The notes below the pieces were generated by a model. That model was not told the origin of the DNA. It saw only the letters and a program-made list of their open reading frames with translations, and searched no databases. A stretch of 64,000 bases of DNA from Okamejei kenojei (taxonomy: Eukaryota), in assembly GCA_035221665.1 (NCBI GenBank), contig CM069142.1:43276001-43340000 (forward strand), written 5' to 3'. The first letter of the stretch is position 1. Each line of letters starts with the position of its first letter. Positions 62,820 to 64,000 of this stretch are shown piece by piece. Position numbers and translations under genes: made by a program.

Positions 62820-64000
62820 TTACCATCATTGCTGGGGACTTTCAATAAGGCAAACCTAAAGAAATCGCATGTCTCCTTTCGACCACTGCTACACCACCAT
62901 CAAGAATGCCCACCGCTCTATCCCTCGCCCTCACTTCGGTAAAACACTGCTGCTTCTTCCTGCCTACAGGCAACAATTAAAGAGCGCACCGGACATGAAG
63001 CTGGTCGGGGGGGGGGGGGGGGGGGGGGAAGAGGAACAACTACAGGACTCTTTGGTAGTTGTAGACTGGGCAATGTTCGAGGACTCGGCAACGGACTTGA
63101 ATGAATACGCCACAGTCGTTACAGACTTTATAAAGAAATGTGTGGAGGACTGCATCCCTACAAAAACCTTCCGAGTGTTTCCCAATCAGAAACCTTGGAT
63201 GAACTCTGAGATCCGCACTCTTCTGAAGACCAGACACCGGGCATTCATGTCTGATGATACAGTGGTCTACACGAAGTCCAGATACGACCTTGGTAAGGCC
63301 ATCAAAAAGGCCAAAAGGAGTTCTGCTCCAAACTGGAGGATGAGACAGATGTTCGGCAGCTGTGGCAGGGACTGAATGCAATCACCTCCTACAAGGCGAA
63401 ATCAGGAGGCAGCTCGGATGTCGGCAATACATCACTACCTGATGAGATCAATGCATTTTACGCACGCTTTGATAGGGAGAACACCGATGTGCCTTCCCGA
63501 GCCCCCACTCGCTGTGATGGTATTTCAGTCTCAGTCACAGAGGCCGACGTAATGAAATCCTTCAGAGGGGTGAACCCTCGAAAAGTGTCTGGACCTGATG
63601 GCATACCTGGTCGTGTTCTAAAAACCTGTGTGGACCAACTGGCTGGAGTTTTTACGGACATTTTCAACCTGTCACTTCAGAGGTCTGAGGCTCCCACCTG
63701 CCTCAAAAGGGCATCAATAATACCGGTGCCCAAGAAGAGCAAGGTGACGTGCCTCAATGACTATCGACCAGTGGCACTAACGCCTGTGGTGATGAAGTGC
63801 TTCGAGAGGTTGATCATGGCGCAAATCAACTCATACCTTGACAAAAACCTGGACCCACTGCAGTTCGCTTACCGCCACAACAGATCAACGGTGGATGCGA
63901 TCTCGCTGGCCCTCCACTCCGCTCTGGACCACTTGGACAACAAAAACTCATATGTCAGGCTGTTATTCATTGACTACAGCTCAGCATTTAACACAATCAT
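62820..64000 (+). mobile_element. Rex1-like LINE (APE end, linker, RT start), runs off window
   Basis: IIAGDFN, DHCYTTIK, FPNQKPWMN, GPDGIPGRVLK, DYRPVALTPVVMKCFE, DPLQFAYR, RLLFIDYSSAFNTI; frameshifted. Confidence 0.9.

Overview
Vertebrate non-coding DNA, almost certainly from a cartilaginous fish (skate/ray-like, inferred from the many HE1-type V-SINEs and CR1/Rex1 LINEs). No host protein-coding exon could be supported, and all convincing ORFs belong to transposable elements. The main elements are: a near full-length CR1 LINE (about 4170-8558, minus); two non-autonomous Helitrons; Penelope-like fragments with degenerate hammerhead motifs; a tRNA-Pro-primed non-autonomous ERV (26036-29903); nested Rex1/CR1 LINEs; a Gypsy element whose coding region is inverted relative to its LTRs (41632-43861); and a convergent double DIRS structure bounded by inverted termini (49421-57010). 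The most striking observation is a ~140-bp SINE-like retroelement present twice (21017-21158 and 57457-57595). Its first 54 nt fold into a minimal, P4-less HDV/CPEB3-like self-cleaving ribozyme, followed by a 3' stem-loop and a (GAA)n tail. Family assignments come from motif recognition only, with no database searches, and boundaries of degenerate repeats are approximate.
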